Below, piece by piece: positions 26,234 to 37,000 of a stretch of DNA of 53,375 nucleotides. Position 1 is the first letter of the stretch, and each line of letters begins with the position of its first letter. The position numbers and the translations under genes are program-made. A model generated the notes under the pieces. That model was given only the letters and a program-made list of their open reading frames with translations, had not been told where the DNA came from and did not search any database. This stretch comes from a virus (lineage: Duplodnaviria; Caudoviricetes). The stretch covers positions 1 to 53,375 of IMG/VR virus record IMGVR_UViG_3300036816_000028; one strand, 5' to 3'.

Positions 26234-27130
26234 GTGACTTACGGATTCAGCATGGAGGACGGCGTGTACCGTCGTGATCTCCCGCGTACGGACCGACGTC
26301 TGGGCCGACACGTCCGCCACGACCACCGGTCCGCGCGGTACGCCGTCGGCGTGCTGCCGAAGCGCGCCATCCAGAAGGTGAGCTGGACCCGGCGCATCGG
26401 AATCCTGGACCAGCTTCAACTGGGCAAGTGCACCGCGGAGGCGTTCACCGGCGCGGCCGGGACGGACAGCGCGGCGGGCCAGGGCCAGACCTCCGTGACG
26501 CTGGCCGCCTCCGCGGCCGGGCGCGGCTTCCTGAACGCCGGGCAGACCTACGCCCTGGACGACACGTTCTCCACGGCCTTCTACAGCGTGGAGACGGCGG
26601 ACGACAGCTACCCGGGCTCCTACCCGCCCGACGACACCGGCTCCGACGCGCTGGGTGCCATGGCCGCGGGCAAGGCGCTGGGGCTGGTCGGCCAGTACCA
26701 GCACGCCATGAGCTACGCCGCGGCGGTCTCCGCCATCCAGTCCGGCGCGCTGCTGTGGGGGACCACGTTCTACAACTCCATGTTTGACCTGGACTCCAAG
26801 GGCTACTTCGTGGTCAACCCGAAGTCGGGTGTGGCGGGCGGCCATGAGATGGTCCTCACCAGCTACGACCCGGAGACCGACGAATGGGGCGGGGACAACT
26901 CCTGGAACGAGAGCTGGGGCCCGCTGGACGGATCGTTCAAGATCACGGGGAAGAATCTGACCGCGCTCCTGAAGGACGACGGGGACGTGACGCTCCCGGT
27001 GTGGACCTTCGCGCCGATCACACCCGTCCCGCCCACTCCGCCGGTGCCGCCGACGCCCGCGACCGTGGACGACTCCGCACTGTGGGCCGCTGCGCAGTCC
27101 TGGGCGGCCGGTAAGGGGTTCACCGCGTGA
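26234..27130 (+). CDS. Papain-like cysteine peptidase (C1-like)
   Basis: LDQLQLGKCT (Gln, Cys), GGHE (His), DNSWNESWG (Asn); Pro-rich linker near C-terminus. Confidence 0.8.
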   Translation: MTYGFSMEDGVYRRDLPRTDRRLGRHVRHDHRSARYAVGVLPKRAIQKVSWTRRIGILDQLQLGKCTAEAFTGAAGTDSAAGQGQTSVTLAASAAGRGFLNAGQTYALDDTFSTAFYSVETADDSYPGSYPPDDTGSDALGAMAAGKALGLVGQYQHAMSYAAAVSAIQSGALLWGTTFYNSMFDLDSKGYFVVNPKSGVAGGHEMVLTSYDPETDEWGGDNSWNESWGPLDGSFKITGKNLTALLKDDGDVTLPVWTFAPITPVPPTPPVPPTPATVDDSALWAAAQSWAAGKGFTA

Positions 27131-27333
27131 TGAACCCCTTCGCCGCACTGTTCCCGACGGAGAAGCGGCGCCCGGCCGACGCCCGCAGCGTGACCATGTC
27201 GGAGGGCGGTTTCCAGATCTGCGGGTACTCCGCGGACGACGTCCTGAAGCTCCTGGCCGGGATGAAGGGCGACGACGCCATGACGGCCAAGTTCGGGGAG
27301 CAGGACAAGACGCCGTCCGGTGGATACGCGTAG
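27127..27333 (+). CDS. Hypothetical protein (68 aa)
   Basis: GTGA overlap; fills gap before terminase. Confidence 0.55.
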   Translation: MMNPFAALFPTEKRRPADARSVTMSEGGFQICGYSADDVLKLLAGMKGDDAMTAKFGEQDKTPSGGYA

Positions 27334-27343
27334 GGAGCAGGAC

Positions 27344-28762
27344 ATGACGGTGACGGACGCCCAGCGCATCGCGGCCGGTGCGGCTGCGCACATCGCGCGC
27401 GGCATGGCTTCCACGCGCTGGCGTCCGCTGCCCCACCAGGTCCCGCCACCGGACGACTGGTACGGCTGGCTTCTGATGGCCGGGCGCGGTGCGGGCAAGA
27501 CCGACGCGTGTGCGGAATACATGGTCCAGCACGTGAACGGACCGCCGTGCCTTCCCGGACCCAGCCCGCACTGGATGGGCATCATTGCTCCGACCCTGGG
27601 CGACGCGGCCACGTCGTGTTTCGCCGGGCCGTCGGGCATCCGGACGCACGACCCGTCGGCCACCATGGTCACCACGAAGGGCGGCACGGTGATCCGGTGG
27701 CCGAACGGGTCGGAGGCGAAGCTGTTCGGTGCGCACACGGAGGAGGAGACCGACCGTCTCCGCTCCGGCGGTAACCGCTGCCTGATGTGGCTGGAGGAGT
27801 TGGCCGCCTGGCGGTACCTGGACGAAGCCTGGGCACAGATGCGTTTCGGTCTGCGCGTCGGGCCCCACCCGCACTGGATCGGGTCCACCACGCCGAAGAC
27901 GCGTCCGCTCATCCGGCGCCTGCACGAAGGCAAGGTCCCGAACACGGTCCTGACCCGCGGTTCCATGTACGACAATCCCCACCTCCGGCCGGAAGTGCGT
28001 GCCGCGCTGGAGGAGGAGTACGCGGGTACGCCGATGGGTCGTCAGGAGCTGATGGGACTCCTGATCGAAGAGGACGAAAACGCACTGTGGAACCGGAAGG
28101 TGATCGACGCCAGCCGCGTGCACCCGAACGACCTTCCGGACCTGGGCCGGATCTCCGTCGGCGTGGACCCGTCGGGCGGTGCCGGTGAGCAGGGAATCAT
28201 CGTGGTGGGGAAGTCCAGGCTGCGCCTGGCGCCCATCACCATGCCTCCGGACATCCTTCCGGAGGGGGGCCCGCCGCAGCCGATGACCCCGCGGCACCTG
28301 GGCTACGTGCTGGACGACCGGACCGTCCGCCTGAAGCCGGAGGGCTGGGGCCGCGCGGTGGTGCGCGCCGCGGTGGAGTGGGAAGCGGATGAGATCTTCG
28401 TGGAGGTCAACTACGGCGGGGACATGTGCATCTCCACCGTGGGTTCCGTCCTGGAGGCGGAAGGGCTGAACATCCCGATCCGGGCGGTACGCGCTACGCG
28501 CGGCAAGGCCATCCGGGCGCAGCCGGTCAGCGCGTTGTCCTTCCAGGGGGCGTGGTCGCACGTCGGGGAGTTCGAAGCTCTGGAGGACCAGATGACGACC
28601 TGGACGCCGGAGACCGACTGGAGCCCGGACCGGCTGGACGGTTCGGTCTGGAACGCGCACGGGCTGAAGCTGGTGGGCCCCGGCGTCCGTGGGAAGGGCT
28701 CTTTCGGTGGTTCAATGGGACAAAAGCAAATCATGACAACAAGTCGAAGGTCATTCCCATGA
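27344..28762 (+). CDS. terL: Terminase large subunit
   Basis: AGRGAGKT Walker A, WLEE Walker B, STTPK, VGVDPS and SPDRLD nuclease motifs. Confidence 0.93.
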   Translation: MTVTDAQRIAAGAAAHIARGMASTRWRPLPHQVPPPDDWYGWLLMAGRGAGKTDACAEYMVQHVNGPPCLPGPSPHWMGIIAPTLGDAATSCFAGPSGIRTHDPSATMVTTKGGTVIRWPNGSEAKLFGAHTEEETDRLRSGGNRCLMWLEELAAWRYLDEAWAQMRFGLRVGPHPHWIGSTTPKTRPLIRRLHEGKVPNTVLTRGSMYDNPHLRPEVRAALEEEYAGTPMGRQELMGLLIEEDENALWNRKVIDASRVHPNDLPDLGRISVGVDPSGGAGEQGIIVVGKSRLRLAPITMPPDILPEGGPPQPMTPRHLGYVLDDRTVRLKPEGWGRAVVRAAVEWEADEIFVEVNYGGDMCISTVGSVLEAEGLNIPIRAVRATRGKAIRAQPVSALSFQGAWSHVGEFEALEDQMTTWTPETDWSPDRLDGSVWNAHGLKLVGPGVRGKGSFGGSMGQKQIMTTSRRSFP

Positions 28763-28944
28763 TCACCCTGCCCCTGACGCTGGTCTTCCTCGCGATCCTG
28801 GCCGCCTTGTCCGCGTCCCGCGGGCGCTTCCACGTCGGCACCACGGCACTGGCCGTTGTGACCGGCGTCATGCTGGCCAATACGGTCATCGGCGCGGACA
28901 TCGTGGCCGTGGTGTCCAGCGCGGTGCACGTCTTCAGCGCGTGA
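28759..28944 (+). CDS. Small membrane protein (61 aa)
   Basis: ATGA overlap; two hydrophobic helices. Confidence 0.6.
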   Translation: MITLPLTLVFLAILAALSASRGRFHVGTTALAVVTGVMLANTVIGADIVAVVSSAVHVFSA

Positions 28945-28993
28945 GGCGGTACCTTCTTTCCGTGTACCAGCCGAACGAAAGAAGGTACCCCTG

Positions 28994-29365
28994 ATGGCCA
29001 CTCCCGACCCGGCGCCCGCCAACCCGGCAGCGCCCGCGGAACCGGCTCTCCTGTTCGCCCTGCTCTCCGCCGTGCTGGGCCTCCTGGCCGCGCTGCACGT
29101 CGGCCACCTGACCACCGATCAGACCGGCGCCATCATGATCATTGTGAACGCGGTGTTCGGTGCGGTCGTGGCGGCGCTCACCCGGCCGGTGTCCCCGGCC
29201 GCCTTCACCGGTGCGTTCTCCGCCATCGTGGCGGCTGTCGCCTCCTTCGGTCTCCATCTCTCCCCGCAGGTGACCGGCGCATCCTCCGGCCTGATCATGG
29301 CGTTCGTCCTCCTGGTGGCCCGCGGCCACGTCGCGCCGGTCGTGAACCCGACGCTGCGCCGATGA
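28994..29365 (+). CDS. Holin-like membrane protein (4 TM)
   Basis: 123 aa, four hydrophobic segments, basic C-terminus. Confidence 0.6.
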   Translation: MATPDPAPANPAAPAEPALLFALLSAVLGLLAALHVGHLTTDQTGAIMIIVNAVFGAVVAALTRPVSPAAFTGAFSAIVAAVASFGLHLSPQVTGASSGLIMAFVLLVARGHVAPVVNPTLRR

Positions 29366-29526
29366 AGCGGCGCGTCCTGCGCTGGCTGCGCATCTCCCGG
29401 CCGACCACGGCGGAGCGGCAACGGCAGGTGATGGAGGACGGGGTCCGCGCCGGGATGGAGTACATCGTCCGGCGCTACGGAGAACATCTGCCGACCAGCC
29501 GGACCGTCCACTGGTACGACCGCTGA
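29362..29526 (+). CDS. Hypothetical protein (54 aa)
   Basis: ATGA overlap; MKRRVLRWLRISRP..., high GC3. Confidence 0.5.
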   Translation: MKRRVLRWLRISRPTTAERQRQVMEDGVRAGMEYIVRRYGEHLPTSRTVHWYDR

Positions 29527-29590
29527 ACCACCCGGCGCCGGTCACCACGACCGGCGCCGGTCGTCTGTCCGATCAAGGAAGTGAGGAACC

Positions 29591-30031
29591 ATGCCCATCT
29601 GGCTTTATCTGATCATGATGGCGCTGTCCGGCTACCGGCTGACGGTCCTGGTCGTCCAGGACACCTTCCCGCCGGTGCTCTGGCTGCGGGACCGGGTCGT
29701 CGGCGGCTGGCGGCCGGTCACCGCGAAGGAGTGGGAGCAGATCCGCGCGGCGGCGCAGGACGGCGCAGCGAAGACGTTCACCACCCAGGCCGTGGACTTC
29801 GGCGGGAAGCGCGGGGAGCAGGAGGCCCGGTACGTGGAGCGTGCCTCCTGGGTGCCGTTCTGGCTGTCCGACCTGGTCTCCTGCCCGTGGTGCGCGTCCG
29901 GCTGGATCTCCCTGGCGCTGGCGGCTGCCGGTGCGGCGCAGGGGTTCTACGGCTGGCCGGTGTCCTGGCTGGTGTGGGGCGCGGTGTGGGCCGTGTCCGC
30001 GACCATGGCCGCCTGGGAGGTGAGCCGCTGA
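29591..30031 (+). CDS. DUF1360-like membrane protein
   Basis: YRLTVLVVQD...LR and LVSCPWCASGW motifs. Confidence 0.75.
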   Translation: MPIWLYLIMMALSGYRLTVLVVQDTFPPVLWLRDRVVGGWRPVTAKEWEQIRAAAQDGAAKTFTTQAVDFGGKRGEQEARYVERASWVPFWLSDLVSCPWCASGWISLALAAAGAAQGFYGWPVSWLVWGAVWAVSATMAAWEVSR

Positions 30032-30144
30032 TGGAGACTCTGGAGATCGTCGGCGGGACCGTGTTCGGCATCGCGCTGGGCGCCGGACTGGCGTACCTGC
30101 TCGGTCGTCATGCGGTCCGGAAGTGGATGGAGCAGGAGTGGTGA
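30031..30144 (+). CDS. Small single-TM protein (37 aa)
   Basis: TGATG overlap, GGAGG RBS. Confidence 0.55.
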   Translation: METLEIVGGTVFGIALGAGLAYLLGRHAVRKWMEQEW

Positions 30145-30341
30145 GCGGACGATCGAGAGAGCCGTACGTCTACGAAGGCCAGCCCGGCCTGGCTGCGATC
30201 GTGAACGCGATCATCGATCTGTGTTGCGACCACCAGAGGGAGACGGCGGGACCGCTGGACGGGACCACGATGTACACCGACGCGGACGACATCGCGCCGT
30301 CGGAGATCCTGGACCTGATCCGGAGCAGGGGGCAGCGGTGA
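30141..30341 (+). CDS. Hypothetical protein (66 aa)
   Basis: GTGA overlaps at both ends. Confidence 0.55.
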   Translation: MSGRSREPYVYEGQPGLAAIVNAIIDLCCDHQRETAGPLDGTTMYTDADDIAPSEILDLIRSRGQR

Positions 30342-30583
30342 GTGACCCGACCCCGTTCGACGCCGGGAACCGTCTCCTGGACGAAGTCCCCGCGGAGCTG
30401 ACCACCACGATCATGAACGGGCCCGGCGGACAGCGGCTGGCCGTGACCGTGCGCACGCCGTCCACGACCGTTACCGTTCTCCTGGCGAAGGACTGGGCGG
30501 AGCGGTGGCGCGATCAGATCGCGTCCGCCATCGCGTCCATGTCCGGCCTGATCCTCCCCCTGAACGGAGATCCCCATGGCTGA
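30338..30583 (+). CDS. Hypothetical protein (81 aa)
   Basis: GTGA overlap; MSDPTPFDAGN... Confidence 0.6.
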   Translation: MSDPTPFDAGNRLLDEVPAELTTTIMNGPGGQRLAVTVRTPSTTVTVLLAKDWAERWRDQIASAIASMSGLILPLNGDPHG

Positions 30584-31172
30584 GTGGCGACTGACCGACG
30601 AACTGGTCCCGCACGTGTCCACCGCCGACTATCACCACGATCGGGAGCGCGCGCCGCACCTGGAGCAGCCCTGGCACCGGCCGCGCCTGGAACAGGCGGC
30701 CGCCTTCGTGCGCAAGGCTGCGGAACTGGGCGCGGTCACCTGGTCGGACCTGGGGTGCGGGGACGGCGGCCTCCTGTATCTCGCCCAGGACGTCTTCACC
30801 CATGCATGGGGTTACGACTTCCAGCCGTCGAATGCTGCGGGCTGGGTGGAGCGCGGCGTTCAGGCACAGGCTCTGGACGTGTTCGGGAAGGGCCGGGCCG
30901 CGGCGGCGCTGGGCGACGTCGTGTCCATGACCGAAGTCCTGGAGCACGTCGCGGAGCCGCACCTGACACTGACCCGGCTGGCCATCGACCCCCGGCCGCG
31001 CTTCCTGGTGTGCTCCAGCCCGTGGAACGAGCATCCGGGAAACCACAGCGATTGCCACGCCTGGGCCTGGGACATGGTGGGCTACCGCGCCATGGTCGAA
31101 GACGCCGGGTGGTCGGTGATCGATCACGTCCCGGTCGGGTTGTTCCAGGTCATCCTGGCGGAATCCCGCTGA
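30576..31172 (+). CDS. Class I SAM-dependent methyltransferase
   Basis: SDLGCGDGG, GYDF, TEVLEHV, SSP motifs. Confidence 0.85.
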   Translation: MAEWRLTDELVPHVSTADYHHDRERAPHLEQPWHRPRLEQAAAFVRKAAELGAVTWSDLGCGDGGLLYLAQDVFTHAWGYDFQPSNAAGWVERGVQAQALDVFGKGRAAAALGDVVSMTEVLEHVAEPHLTLTRLAIDPRPRFLVCSSPWNEHPGNHSDCHAWAWDMVGYRAMVEDAGWSVIDHVPVGLFQVILAESR

Positions 31173-31199
31173 ATCGGATCTTCCGTGCATGATGGTCCC

Positions 31200-31502
31200 G
31201 TGGGAAGACTCTGGTTGATCGTTGAAGCAACAGAAGCGCCAGCGACGGACCCTGTTTCGTCTGTGCTGGTCCAGTATGGTGCCATCGGGGTAATAGCCCT
31301 GGTGGCGCTTCTGGCTGTGCGTGTCCTGTTCAACCGGGTGGCAGAATACGCGGATCAGCAGAAGGAGCGGGCCGACCGTCTGGAGGAGGAACTGAGGCGG
31401 CTCAATGAGACGATCCGTACGGAAATCGCGCCAGCTCTCGCCAGGTCTGCCGAAGCCCTGGCCGACTACCGGCACGCACCCGCACGGCGCCCCAGGAGCT
31501 GA
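31200..31502 (+). CDS. Membrane protein with coiled coil (holin/lysis-cassette-like; start uncertain)
   Basis: QYGAIGVIALVALLAV TM then ERADRLEEELRRLNE. Confidence 0.6.
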   Translation: MGRLWLIVEATEAPATDPVSSVLVQYGAIGVIALVALLAVRVLFNRVAEYADQQKERADRLEEELRRLNETIRTEIAPALARSAEALADYRHAPARRPRS

Positions 31503-31503
31503 T

Positions 31504-31671
31504 GTGTCTCCCGCACCCGCAGCCGGAACAGACCGGCTGATCCAGGAATCCGAGCGACTGCGCGCATGGTTGTCGGGTACGGCGGCCAGTCTGGCGCAGT
31601 ACGCGGAAGACCTGATCACTGAAGGACGAATCCTCCGGGAGGAAGAAGACGATGACCAGCCCGGAGAGTGA
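31504..31671 (+). CDS. Hypothetical protein (55 aa)
   Basis: AGGAG RBS before GTG. Confidence 0.5.
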   Translation: MSPAPAAGTDRLIQESERLRAWLSGTAASLAQYAEDLITEGRILREEEDDDQPGE

Positions 31672-32128
31672 GACCAAACTCCAGGAACTGATCACGGTCG
31701 GGACCCAGCTCCTGGAGCAGATCAGCCAGTTCGCCGACCAGTCGGGGACCCAGTTCGTGTCTCTGGCGCAGCGGGCCCGCGCCAACCGGCGGGCCATCAT
31801 CGCTCTGGGGATCAGCCTGTTCCTGGACATCGTTCTGACCTTCGTGACCGTGTTCGCCTGGGTCCAGGTGTCCAACAACGAACACAAGATCAGCGACTTG
31901 ACGGCTCGGCTGGACTACTCCCAGACCGTCCAGCGCCAGAAGGCGCTGTGCCCGCTGTACCAGCTCCTCCTGGACAGCAAGTCCACCGCATCCCGCAACG
32001 CCTCCCCGGACCCGAAGGCGTACGACCACGCTTTCGACGTGATCGGCCAGGGGTACGCCGCGCTGGACTGCTCCGCGTACATCACGGACCCGAACTCCAG
32101 CGGTGTGACCACTCCGACGACGAATTAA
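31652..32128 (+). CDS. Single-TM membrane protein (158 aa)
   Basis: TM AIIALGISLFLDIVLTFVTVFAW, two Cys in C-terminal domain. Confidence 0.7.
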   Translation: MTSPESETKLQELITVGTQLLEQISQFADQSGTQFVSLAQRARANRRAIIALGISLFLDIVLTFVTVFAWVQVSNNEHKISDLTARLDYSQTVQRQKALCPLYQLLLDSKSTASRNASPDPKAYDHAFDVIGQGYAALDCSAYITDPNSSGVTTPTTN

Positions 32129-32227
32129 TTTCATCGGCCAGCTTTATTAATTAGCCATTCCGGCGCTTTCAATTCGAAGGCCGTATTCGGGTACCCTGTC
32201 GCCCAGACCGATACTGGGAGGCGCCGC

Positions 32228-34057
32228 ATGCCGTGGTACAACGCCCTGGGCTTCGGCCGCCGACCGGCGCCGCCGGACGTCCCGGCTTCCCTGACCGCGG
32301 CGGCTGCGCCCGTCAAGGGCCCGCAGTCCCAGTTCCTCCAGCACACCCAGAACTGGCAGAACGAAGCCTGGGACTTCTACGACGCCAACGGGGAGTACAA
32401 CTACGGCGTCACCTGGCTGGCCAACATGATGTCCCAGGTCCGACTCCGCGCCGCCCGGTTGGACCCGGAACTGGACGAACCGGAGATCCTGAACGACGGC
32501 GCAGCCGCGGAGATCATCGCCAAGATGAACGGCGGTGTGGGCGGCCAGTCCCAGATGATGCGGTCGCTGTCCACCCAGCTCTCTGTTCCCGGTGACTGCT
32601 ACCTGATCGGGGAGCAGACGGGCCCGGCGGAGAAGTGGACCGTTCGGTCCGTGGACGAAGTCCGGGCGCAGTCTGGCCGCTTCCAGGTCGTGACCGGGCG
32701 TACGCCCAGCGTGGAGTGGTCCGACCTCCCGCCGGACTCGATTCCGGTACGGATCTGGCGTCCGCATGAGCGTTGGCACCACATCGCCGACAGCCCGTCC
32801 CGCTCCGCCCTGTCCACCATGCGGGAACTGGAACTGGTCAACCGGCACATCACCGCCCAATACCTGTCCCGGCTGGCGTCGGCCGGTGTGCTGATCCTGC
32901 CGGAAGAGGTGACCTTCCCGGTGCGGGAGGAGTTCGAAGACGCTCCGGACCCGTTCGTGGCGGAGTGGGTGGAGGTGGCGCGGGAAGGCATCGCCAACCC
33001 GGGCACGGCGTCCGCCGTTGTTCCGATCCCGATCCGTGTCCCCGGTGAGTACGTGGACAAGATCAAACACCTGGACTTCACGCTCAAGATCGATGACAAG
33101 ATCATCGAAAAGCGGGACAGCGCGATCAACCGCCTGGCCACCCAGATGGACATCCCGACCGAAGTCCTGACCGGCATGGGCAAGGTCAACCACTGGACCG
33201 CCTGGCAACTGGACGAAGGCAGCCTGAAGACGCACATTGCGCCGCTGGCGGAGGTCATCTGCTACTCCCTGACCACCGGGTACTTCCAGGCGCGGCTGGC
33301 CGCCTCCAACGTGCCAGACCCGGAACAGTACGTGGTTTGGTACGACATGTCCGAACTGGCCATCCGGCCGGACAACAGCACTAACGCTCAGGCCGCCTAC
33401 GACCGTCTGGAGATCTCTGGGTCCGCGCTGCGTCGTGAGACCGGCTTCGGTGAGGACGACGCTCCGACCACCCAGGAGCTGGAGGCCATGACCCAGAAGG
33501 CCATCTTGCGCGAGGCTCCGGCGTCCCCGATGGCTGCGGTGGCGGCCGACGCCCTGGCCGGGAAGCATGTCTTCGCCGATGCCATGGGCGGGACCGCGGC
33601 ATCCGGCACCGGCGGGGAGGTGGGCACCAAGCAACCCGCGGAGTCGTCCGACGACGGAGCACCGCCGGGGCCGCCGTCCACGTCTCCGCCGTCCCAGGCC
33701 GCACCGAAGGACACGCCTCCGTCCACATCCCCGCCCGGCGCGGAGCGTGCGTCGGCCGCGGTGATCCGCGCGTCCGCCCAGGCGTCCGCCGTCCACGTGC
33801 TGCGCTACTCCGTGGACGCCGTACCGCAGCTTCTGCATCCACCGGGTGTGTGCTCCACGCACGCGTATTCCTGCCCGTTCACACACAGTGCCTGGGGCCG
33901 CTGGCTTCCGTCTCTGACCACCGGGACCTACGAAGTCCGCCTGGACGCCTTCGGACAGCTCCGGGTGGGCCGTTTCGCGCCGGAAATGGACACGTTGGGC
34001 TGGATCACCACCACAACGGCGGTGGGTCGGAAGGGGACCAACTATGCCCGCGCATGA
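32228..34057 (+). CDS. Portal protein
   Basis: WQNEAWDFYD, RIWRPH, SRLASAGVL, NHWTAW motifs of actinophage portals; position before head genes. Confidence 0.85.
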   Translation: MPWYNALGFGRRPAPPDVPASLTAAAAPVKGPQSQFLQHTQNWQNEAWDFYDANGEYNYGVTWLANMMSQVRLRAARLDPELDEPEILNDGAAAEIIAKMNGGVGGQSQMMRSLSTQLSVPGDCYLIGEQTGPAEKWTVRSVDEVRAQSGRFQVVTGRTPSVEWSDLPPDSIPVRIWRPHERWHHIADSPSRSALSTMRELELVNRHITAQYLSRLASAGVLILPEEVTFPVREEFEDAPDPFVAEWVEVAREGIANPGTASAVVPIPIRVPGEYVDKIKHLDFTLKIDDKIIEKRDSAINRLATQMDIPTEVLTGMGKVNHWTAWQLDEGSLKTHIAPLAEVICYSLTTGYFQARLAASNVPDPEQYVVWYDMSELAIRPDNSTNAQAAYDRLEISGSALRRETGFGEDDAPTTQELEAMTQKAILREAPASPMAAVAADALAGKHVFADAMGGTAASGTGGEVGTKQPAESSDDGAPPGPPSTSPPSQAAPKDTPPSTSPPGAERASAAVIRASAQASAVHVLRYSVDAVPQLLHPPGVCSTHAYSCPFTHSAWGRWLPSLTTGTYEVRLDAFGQLRVGRFAPEMDTLGWITTTTAVGRKGTNYARA

Positions 34058-37000
34058 TCATTTCACGGGCGCGCATAACGCGATCACCGCGGACGCGTCC
34101 AGCGACCACCTGAGTGGCTGCATGGTCGCGCTCATGCCGACCGAACAGGACGCCGCACGGATGGCCGTGGACGGCGGGGAGGCAGCGGCGGACCTCCATC
34201 TGACGCTGGCCTACCTGGGCCCCGACGCGAACGCCTGGGACGACGCCGCGCGGACGGAGCTGACCGGCTTCCTGCGCTCCGTCATCCAGTCCTCCGAATT
34301 CGGCTCCTGGAACAGCTTCACTGCGAAGGTCTTCGGGGCCGCACACTGGAACGGTGACGGAGACAGCCCGGCCTGGGTGTGGAGCGTCGGTGACCAGCCG
34401 GACGACGACTCCATGGACCACGACGGGGACGCCCTGGAGGACTACCACGACCTGGTGTTCGACGCGCTGGAATCCGGCCACGACCACCCGGATCTCCCGG
34501 CGCCGCACAGCCCGTGGGTGGCGCACATCTGCGCCGCCTACAGCGCGGACGACGCGTTCCTTCCGCTCCTGGAGGCCAAGCTGGGGACGGTCACCTTTGA
34601 CCGCCTCCGGCTGTCGTTCGGGGACGACGACACGGACATCCCGCTGAACACCGATGTGGCCATGTCCGGCCCGTTGACGGCCGCCGGGATGCGCCGCAAG
34701 CCCAAGGGGTTCGAGAGTGCGTCCACTGTGGACTTCGCGCTCATGGACAGCTCCTGGAAGGCCGCGGTGGACCGGGCCTACGTAGCCTGGATGGCCATCC
34801 TGTCCGCTCAGCGCCAGGAGCTGACCGACCAGGTGAAGGCTGCTGTGGACGGCGGGGACTTCGCCGACCTGGCCGCTATGACCGTCTCCACCGCGGCGGC
34901 TGTGGACCTCCTGTCAGAGCACATGGCGCGCTTCGCCCAGACCGCCGGTCAGCAACAGGAGCACGAAGCAGACCGACAGGGCGTGGCCGTCCCGCCCTGG
35001 GCGCTGACCGACGACGACCCGGAAGGCGTGACCGCTTCCCTGTCGTCGGCCGCGAAGTCCTTCCTGTCCCGCATGCGCGCGTACGCCTCCGTCGTCGCCT
35101 CCAGCCTGGCCAACCGAATGGTGTCCTCCGCGTCCCAGCGCTCCATCACGCTGGCGGAGGCGGACGCCGACGGCGCGGCGGTCGCGCGGGACGTGGAGAC
35201 CTACCTGGCCGACCACCCGAAGGCGTATGTCCGGCAGGGCATCGCGGCGGCCATGACCATGGCTCAGAACACGGGCCGTCTGGCGGTGCTCACCGCGGCG
35301 CCGCCGGGGAGCTACTACGCCTCCGAAATGCTGGACTCGAACACCTGCGGGCCGTGCCGCGCGATCGACGGTAAGGAATTCGCCACGCTCAACGCGGCGG
35401 AGGATGCGTACCCCGCCGGGGGCTACGTGGACTGTGCGGGCGGATCAGCCTGCCGGGGAACCATGGTCACCGTCTGGGACGCCGGACAGACCGCCAGTGC
35501 GACACCGAAGGAGGGCATCGTGGCGGAAACCGAAGACCTGGGCGGGAAGCCGAACCCGGGCACGAAGAAGGACAAGCGGCTGAAGGAGAACGACCAGGGC
35601 AAGGCGAAGGCCGTCGGCGACGCCGACCACTTCGCCGCTGGCGCGTCCGTGTCGGACAAGCCCTGGGACGGCGCCGCCAGCCGCTTCAACGACGACCAGT
35701 GGAAGCGCGCCACCGCGGCCTGTGACGGGGACGGAACACCCAAGGAGGCGTGCTTCCTGCCTCACCACGAACCGGACGGCACGCTGAACCGGAACGGCCT
35801 GCACGCGGCGGCACAGCGCGTCGGCTCCGTCACCGGCCGCTCCCCGGCGGCTGTCGCGCACGCGAAGTCCCACCTGCGCAACCACTACAGCCAGATCGGG
35901 GAGGATGCTCCGGACTCGATCGCGGCCACCCTGGGCGACGCCGTGGAAATGGCACTGGCCCCGGCCGACCCGGACGCCGTCATGCCCGCTTCCGACAGCA
36001 ACACTGCACCCTGGCGCGGACCGCTGGCCGTGGAGGGGAAGACCACCGGCGACGGTCGGGAGTTCGCCGCGGGGTCTCTGACCTGGCGTGACCTCCCGGT
36101 GCCGCTGCGCTGGAACAAGGAGGACTCCCACGGAGGTGAAGCCCACACCGTGGCCGTCAACGTCGGCCGGATTGACAAGATCTGGCGTGAGGGTGACCTG
36201 GTCATGGGGGAGGGCGTCTTCAACCTGGCGGAGGCCGACGGCCAGCGCGCGCACGACCTGGTGAAGGGCCAGTTCCTGCGCGGTGTCTCGATCGACGCCG
36301 ACTCCATTTCCGACAAGGACGTGGAGTACGTCTGGCCGGACGTCGGACCGGAGGACGGCGACGGGGAGGACATGGACATCCTGGATCTCCTCTTCGCCCA
36401 GCCGGAGAAGGTGCTGTTCCACGCCGGGCGGATCAGCGCGGCCACCCTGTGCGACATCCCCGCCTTCGCGGAGGCGTATGTGGCGCTCCTGGATAGTGAA
36501 GGCGCGGTGACCGCGGGCGGGACCCCGGCCGGAGCACAGGGCGGGGGAGGCTACGCGGTGCGCGGCGTGCGGGCGCGGACCGTGGACGGCCTGACGGCGG
36601 CCATCAGCGCGCCGGACTGGAAGCCGCCCGCGGAGTGGTTCGCGAACCCCCAGCTCTCCCTTCCGACCGGCATCCAGGTCACGGACGACGGCCGTGTCTA
36701 CGGCCATGCGGCCACCTGGGGCTCCTGTCACATCGGTCAGGCCGACGTGTGCGTCCAGCCGCCGCGGGAAGAGAACCACCCGTACTACATGACCGGAGAG
36801 GTGGTCACGGCTGACGGAGGGCGCGTCTCGGTCGGCCAGATCACCGTGGGCACCGGCCACGCGCCGCTGTCGATGGGCGCCGTTCCGGCGACCGAGCACT
36901 ACGACCACACCGGCCACGCAGTCGCGGACGTCCACGTCGGAAACGATGAACACGGGATCTGGGTGGCGGGCGCCATCCGGCCGGGCGCACCGGCGGACCT

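Noticed and set aside
30576-31172. DNA methyltransferase
   Set aside because: Lacks DPPY/NPPY or PC catalytic motifs; EVLEH pattern fits small-molecule or glycan methyltransferases
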